Source: Longimicrobiaceae bacterium
GTDB lineage: Bacteria; Gemmatimonadota; Gemmatimonadetes; Longimicrobiales; Longimicrobiaceae
DNA: 32,602 nt
NCBI GenBank assembly: GCA_036259415.1
Contig: DATABU010000225.1
Location: forward strand, 1-32,602
Direction of reading: 5' to 3'
Shown here piece after piece: positions 32,097 to 32,602 of the stretch (the stretch's first letter is position 1; each line of letters opens with the position of its first letter). The position numbers and the translations under genes are program-made. The notes under the pieces were generated by a model. It saw only the letters and a program-made list of their open reading frames with translations, made no database searches and was not told the DNA's origin.

Positions 32097-32602
32097 GTGC
32101 TCCGCTGGTACCTCCCCGCGGGCGAGCCCGAGATCCCCGCGGAGCCCCGGGGGGTGGTGGTCGTCACCGGGGGCAACCTCGGCGGCGCCATCATCTCCGT
32201 CCCCCTGGTGCGGGCGGTGCGCGCGCGCTTCCCCCGCAGCCACCTGGCCGTGGTGAGCAACACCCGGTCGGGGCGGGAGCTGATGGAGCTGGCCGGCGTG
32301 GGCGACAGCTTCCACACCCTCCCCGAGGGGGCGCTGCGCTCCCGCGGCGGCCTGCGCGGCTACGCGGCCACGCTGCGCCGCCTCCGCGCCGCGCGCCCGG
32401 AGGTGATGGTCTCCAACTTCGACTCGCAGGTAGACCACCTCCTCGCCCCCCTGCGCATCCCCGTGCGCGTCGGCCACGCCGGCCGGCGCGCCACCGGGGG
32501 CGACCTGCTCTGGCAGCACACCCTGAACGTCCCTGTGCCGGTGGACACGGGGACGAACTGGCTGGAGAGCTACCGCAGGCTCGCCGAGCGCATCGGCGCG
32601 CC
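32097..32602 (+). CDS. Glycosyltransferase family 9 (heptosyltransferase-like), 5' partial, continues past the window end
   Basis: Frame open to the window end, so not listed in the ORF track. GVVVVTGGNLGGAIISVPLVRAVRARFPRSHLAVVSN...ELMELAGVGDSF...RLRAARPEVMVSN matches the GT9 N-domain pattern (ILVIRxxxLGDxxxxxPxxxALRxxxP). GTG 32097 is a guess. The frame is open much further upstream, for example to GTG 31944. Confidence 0.55.
   Translation, partial: MLRWYLPAGEPEIPAEPRGVVVVTGGNLGGAIISVPLVRAVRARFPRSHLAVVSNTRSGRELMELAGVGDSFHTLPEGALRSRGGLRGYAATLRRLRAARPEVMVSNFDSQVDHLLAPLRIPVRVGHAGRRATGGDLLWQHTLNVPVPVDTGTNWLESYRRLAERIGA

Noticed and set aside
1-32602. Search for CRISPR arrays, tRNA or rRNA genes, transposases, integrases, phage genes, toxin-antitoxin or known defence systems
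   Set aside because: I could not see any of the following by eye:
- repeat-spacer periodicity;
- cloverleaf-like or rRNA-like segments in the short intergenic gaps;
- DDE, tyrosine-recombinase or serine-recombinase motifs;
- nuclease, helicase or methylase combinations typical of defence islands.

The two methyltransferases have small-molecule class I architecture without DNA-MTase motifs such as DPPY or a PC-ENV pairing.

Overview
The window is a very GC-rich (by eye above 70%), gene-dense piece of a diderm bacterial chromosome. The lineage cannot be assigned without a database search. Nearly all of it is one co-directional (+ strand) surface-polysaccharide (capsule, EPS or O-antigen type) locus.

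Gene order:
- A minus-strand Wzi-like outer-membrane protein that carries a C-terminal LysM domain, transcribed divergently from the rest.
- A second Wzi paralogue, a Wza-type export protein and a Wzz/GumC-type co-polymerase without a kinase domain.
- A WbpP-like UDP-GlcNAc 4-epimerase.
- A recognisable pseudaminic-acid operon (pseB-pseC-pseG-pseH-pseI).
- An aldo/keto reductase.
- A single ORF that fuses an SpsF-type cytidylyltransferase to a class-III aminotransferase.
- An acetamidino-forming triad (N-acetyl-sugar amidotransferase plus HisH-like and HisF-like proteins).
- A second GNAT, DegT aminotransferase and SpsF-type cytidylyltransferase module.
- A poorly characterised block: a PhyH-like oxygenase, a small coupled ORF, a Gfo/Idh/MocA oxidoreductase, two orphan proteins I guess to be two-Rossmann-domain (GT-B) transferases, and tandem GNATs.
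- A methyltransferase, Wzx flippase and methyltransferase trio.
- A membrane protein with a transglutaminase-like core.
- The 5' part of a GT9 (heptosyltransferase-like) gene that runs off the window.

Many gene junctions are 4-nt start/stop overlaps, so translational coupling is likely. I saw no rRNA, tRNA, CRISPR array, transposase, integrase or recognisable defence genes.

Most long ORFs in the six-frame track on alternative frames or the antisense strand are Arg/Pro/Ala-rich shadows of the real genes, caused by stop-codon depletion at high GC.

The most interesting material:
- The Wzi-LysM fusion.
- The cytidylyltransferase-aminotransferase fusion, together with the absence of a canonical PseF.
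- The uncharacterised tailoring and transferase block at about 21.0-27.3 kb. It may decorate and transfer a modified nonulosonic acid.

All functional calls rest on motif recognition by eye. No searches were run.
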